Source of the DNA: Camelus dromedarius
Lineage: Eukaryota
Direction: 5' to 3'
Length of the DNA stretch: 64,000 bases
Assembly (NCBI RefSeq): GCF_036321535.1
Contig: NC_087437.1
Span: 61,196,001-61,260,000 of the forward strand
A model generated the notes under the pieces. The model was not told the DNA's origin and searched no databases. It saw only the letters and a list, made by a program, of their open reading frames with translations. A program made the translations under genes and the position numbers. Positions 60,874 to 64,000 of the stretch are shown here, piece by piece. Numbering within the stretch: the stretch's first letter is position 1; every line of letters starts with the position of its first letter.

Positions 60874-63162
60874 GCTAGAGTCCAGGCTCCACGTGGATCT
60901 CAAAATCCACTTCAGCTTGATTCATCTCAACACCCTCAGGGAACCCTTCCTGTCGGCAGGGTCCCTCAGGGCTGGACCCTGGATCTCCCGCCTCAGCTGC
61001 GAGGGCACCGGGCTGGGCGGGGCTGCCTCCTGTTCCCCGGAGTCTCTCTCTGGAGCTCTCTGCTGCCTTGCCTATTTTTGAGTCCTGGCTTGGACTTTGT
61101 TACAGAGTCAGCGGGTCTCTTCAAAAGCTTCACTGTTTGAATCCAGTCTCAGAGGCAGTAATCTCATGACGTTTAGAGACAGTTTATCATGATTATATTT
61201 TAGGTTAGCTGCTTTCTGATTACCTCACTGGAGGCTGTGGATTTTTATGTCTTCAGTTAAGCAAATTCCAAACTTCACTTGAGCATAGGTTACTTCTAGG
61301 AAACATTCTGGGAGATAGTTATCCCTGGCCCACTGCCCTTAGTGACCTGGTCCATATATTTTGGGGTCTTGTATTTTGTGCCTGAGGCATCAGATTCAAA
61401 CTGGATTCAAACTTCCCTAAGATGGCTATAAGGTCCAGGCTGGAACCTGGCAGTAAGTCACTACCTACTTCAACCATCTGCCTGCTGGATAGTATTTCAA
61501 GGTTTCAACACCTGAGATGTAGTGAAAGCTGGTTTTAAGATAGAAGGTCTCAAAGCTAGGCTGTGCCACTTAAAAACTATGCAACTTGGGATCAGTTATT
61601 TTGTATTCTTTGCACTCCCACATATTCATCTATAGAATGGGTACGGTACCTGCTTGACAGAATTGTTGGGATGCAATTGACTCAGTATAAGCACTCAGCC
61701 CAGTGTCCCGAACAGGGCAGGGGCTCAGTGAATATTAATAGACTGACACCTGGGAACATGGCTTCCCTCCCATGTAAAAGACTGTGTGAGATGAACTGGG
61801 GAGCCAGGCCAGCCTCACAGATGTAACCACCAAACAGTTGCCTCCTTGACCACATTTCTGTTAGCAGATAGAGAGACCCCTAAATTAGGAAGCCCACCAA
61901 AGTGTGGGTCCTTGCCACCGGTTGTGAAAGAATTCACACAGCAGAGGCAGTGGGACGAAGTGAACAGCCCCTTTATTGCTCAGAAGGGGAAACAGAAGGA
62001 AAGTGCTTGAGCAGAGAGAAGGAAAGAAGGGTGCTCGAGCAGGGAAAGGAAGCACTACAAGTGGTGAGCTGTCAGCCACGATGGCCAGTAGGGACAGGCC
62101 CCCGTGGGCTGAGGGGTCTTTTGATAGAAGGCTCTGCCATCGGTGGTGATAATTATTTTCTGCAACAGGGTCCTTTCTCAGAGCTCAGCCCTGAAACAAA
62201 AAGCAATTAGCAGAAACTTCGGCAGGAACAAAGGAAGAGATAATGGGGTATATCCTTGGATTTTAAGGAGCCAGCTGTGAGATGAGAGAAATGTCCTGTC
62301 TTTTCATCAGCTGGGCACTTCCTTTCCCTTGTTGATCAGCCAGGGTCAGTAAGCCTGCCTTACCACCTCTCTTGTTTGCATGTATGAGAAATAAAAGTTT
62401 TGGCAGGATTCTTTTCTAAACCAAAGTAACATTTGTCTATTTGCTGAAGAAACCAAAAAGTTTCTGATGACATGATATTTTTCCAAACACTGGATTTGCT
62501 GATTTAGGATTTAGATTTAATCATCTGTTTGCAAGTGTTTTCTTTACACATTTGTTCATTTTCCCCCTTTACATCAGCGGCCACCCAGAACTTCACACTG
62601 TCCTTTCCAAGACCTCTTTTTTAAAACTTTTTTTTAAAGACCTCAACTTAGGCTGTGTTGGGCCATAGGGCACACAGTTTATCAGAAGTATTATTGCTTA
62701 AGATGCCAGATTTGCACCATAGAGGAAGGGAAACTCAGTTATAAGTGAGAGTTACAGGCTGCAGATGTCAAAATGAGGAAGATGAAAATAAGAAAAACCA
62801 AACTGATTCCATTGATATTTTGGAAACACAGTTAATACAATTCTTTAAATTCAATAACTCTGCTTATCAAAGGGAAGTATACATTCTGAGAATTTAAATA
62901 AATCAGCTGTCTTGTAGGGACAATATGCATACGCTGCAATGCTGTCAAACATGTACCTAGATTTCTGTAGCATCAGTTACACCTATGAAGTCTTATTTTT
63001 AGAATTATTTGAGATTTTCCACCAGCATGAATATGAATCCAAATTTTGAAATAAAATGAAGTCTCAAATGAAAAATCAATGGATCCCATAAATATTCAAA
63101 TCTTCTCAAATTGTCCCACTCGGATGGTCCCTGAACCTTTTTAACAAAAATTCTGCCTTGGG

Positions 63163-63252
63163 CAGGGGTAGGAGGTATAACTCAGTGGTAGAGCACGTAC
63201 TTGGGTTGCACAAGATCCTGGATTCAATCTCCAGTGCTTCCGTTAAGGCGGA
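63163..63252 (+). mobile_element. tRNA-Ala-derived SINE, head only (3' body missing)
   Basis: GGAGGTATAACTCAGTGGTAGAGCAC...GATCCTGGATTCAATCTCCAGTGCTTCC. Perfect 17-bp TSD AAAAATTCTGCCTTGGG at 63146-63162 and 63253-63269. Confidence 0.88.
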
Positions 63253-63324
63253 AAAAATTCTGCCTTGGGGAGAAGTCTGTAGAGCCTTGTATGTATGCAG
63301 TTAGTCTGTGTCATGGTTAGTTTC

Positions 63325-63590
63325 ATAATGAGGCAGTGCAGTGGTGTTGTTTAGGACTGGGTTCAAGAAGCTAGATTGCCTATGTTTAACTTCTGGTTGT
63401 CACCACTAATTAGTCATGTGACCTGCAGTAAGTTCCTTCTGTATAAATCCACTTTCCACACCTGGAAAATGGAGATAATATTAATTCTTATTTTTAAGGG
63501 CTGTTATGAAGATTGCATGAGCTAATACTGTAAAGGGATCAGAATTGTTCCCAGCAAACAATAGATGCTCAATAAATCTTAGCTGTTGTC
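63325..63590 (+). mobile_element. MIR SINE
   Basis: GAGGCAGTGCAGTGG...CCACTAATTAGTCATGTGACCT...GGAAAATGGAGATAATA...GGGCTGTTATGAAGATT...GCTCAATAAAT. Confidence 0.8.
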
Positions 63591-64000
63591 TGTCATTCAG
63601 CTCTAATATCAAGGATGTTCTCAGCCAGATGGACCAGGTTCTTTCCCATCATTCCCTAACTAGACTGGTGATAAACTGGAGAAGGTAGTCTATGTACAGT
63701 GTTATTAGACTGCAACCATATGTGGATATCACATTATCCATGGAAAAGAGAAGACTATGAAATAGTAACACAATTAGCTAGTACATGGCAAAACTATATT
63801 GTGAACCCAGGTCTCTGCTCCAAAGGCCAATCTGTTTCCATTGAACCCTACTGAGCGCTCAGCACGAGATGACCATGTGCAGTGGCTTTTAAGGTAATGA
63901 ATGCGGCGGCAGACAGATGGGATTTGTAAAGACAGTAGCCTCTAGAACAGAGGAATTGTGGCCCTGCTCTGTTCCTCTATTTGACAATCTGGATTGGTCA

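Overview
This is mammalian nuclear DNA, CpG-depleted and repeat-dense, with no recognisable protein-coding gene, rRNA, true tRNA or CRISPR feature. It is most likely a camelid genome (alpaca/camel), because nine copies of a tRNA-Ala(AGC)-derived SINE with an AATAAACCTAATTACCTCCC-type tail resemble the camelid vic-1 family. The window reads as intronic or intergenic DNA filled with L1 elements of several ages, ancient HAL1, L2, L3/CR1, MIR, ERV1/ERVL/MaLR solo LTRs and hAT DNA-transposon relics. The only ORFs I recognise are degraded L1 ORF1p/ORF2p fragments. I did not find a convincing new biological system. The best second-look items are a 3.2-kb TSD-flanked L1 with ORF1 but no ORF2 (HAL1-like), a second internally deleted L1, an orphan L1 5' tip, a SINE dimer inside one TSD, and CArG boxes created by duplication inside an LTR. 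There are also candidate STAT5, CRE/CTCF and homeobox/SOX regulatory clusters and a frame-preserving + strand candidate exon. Repeat subfamily names come from my recall of consensus sequences, boundaries are approximate, and nothing was checked against a database.
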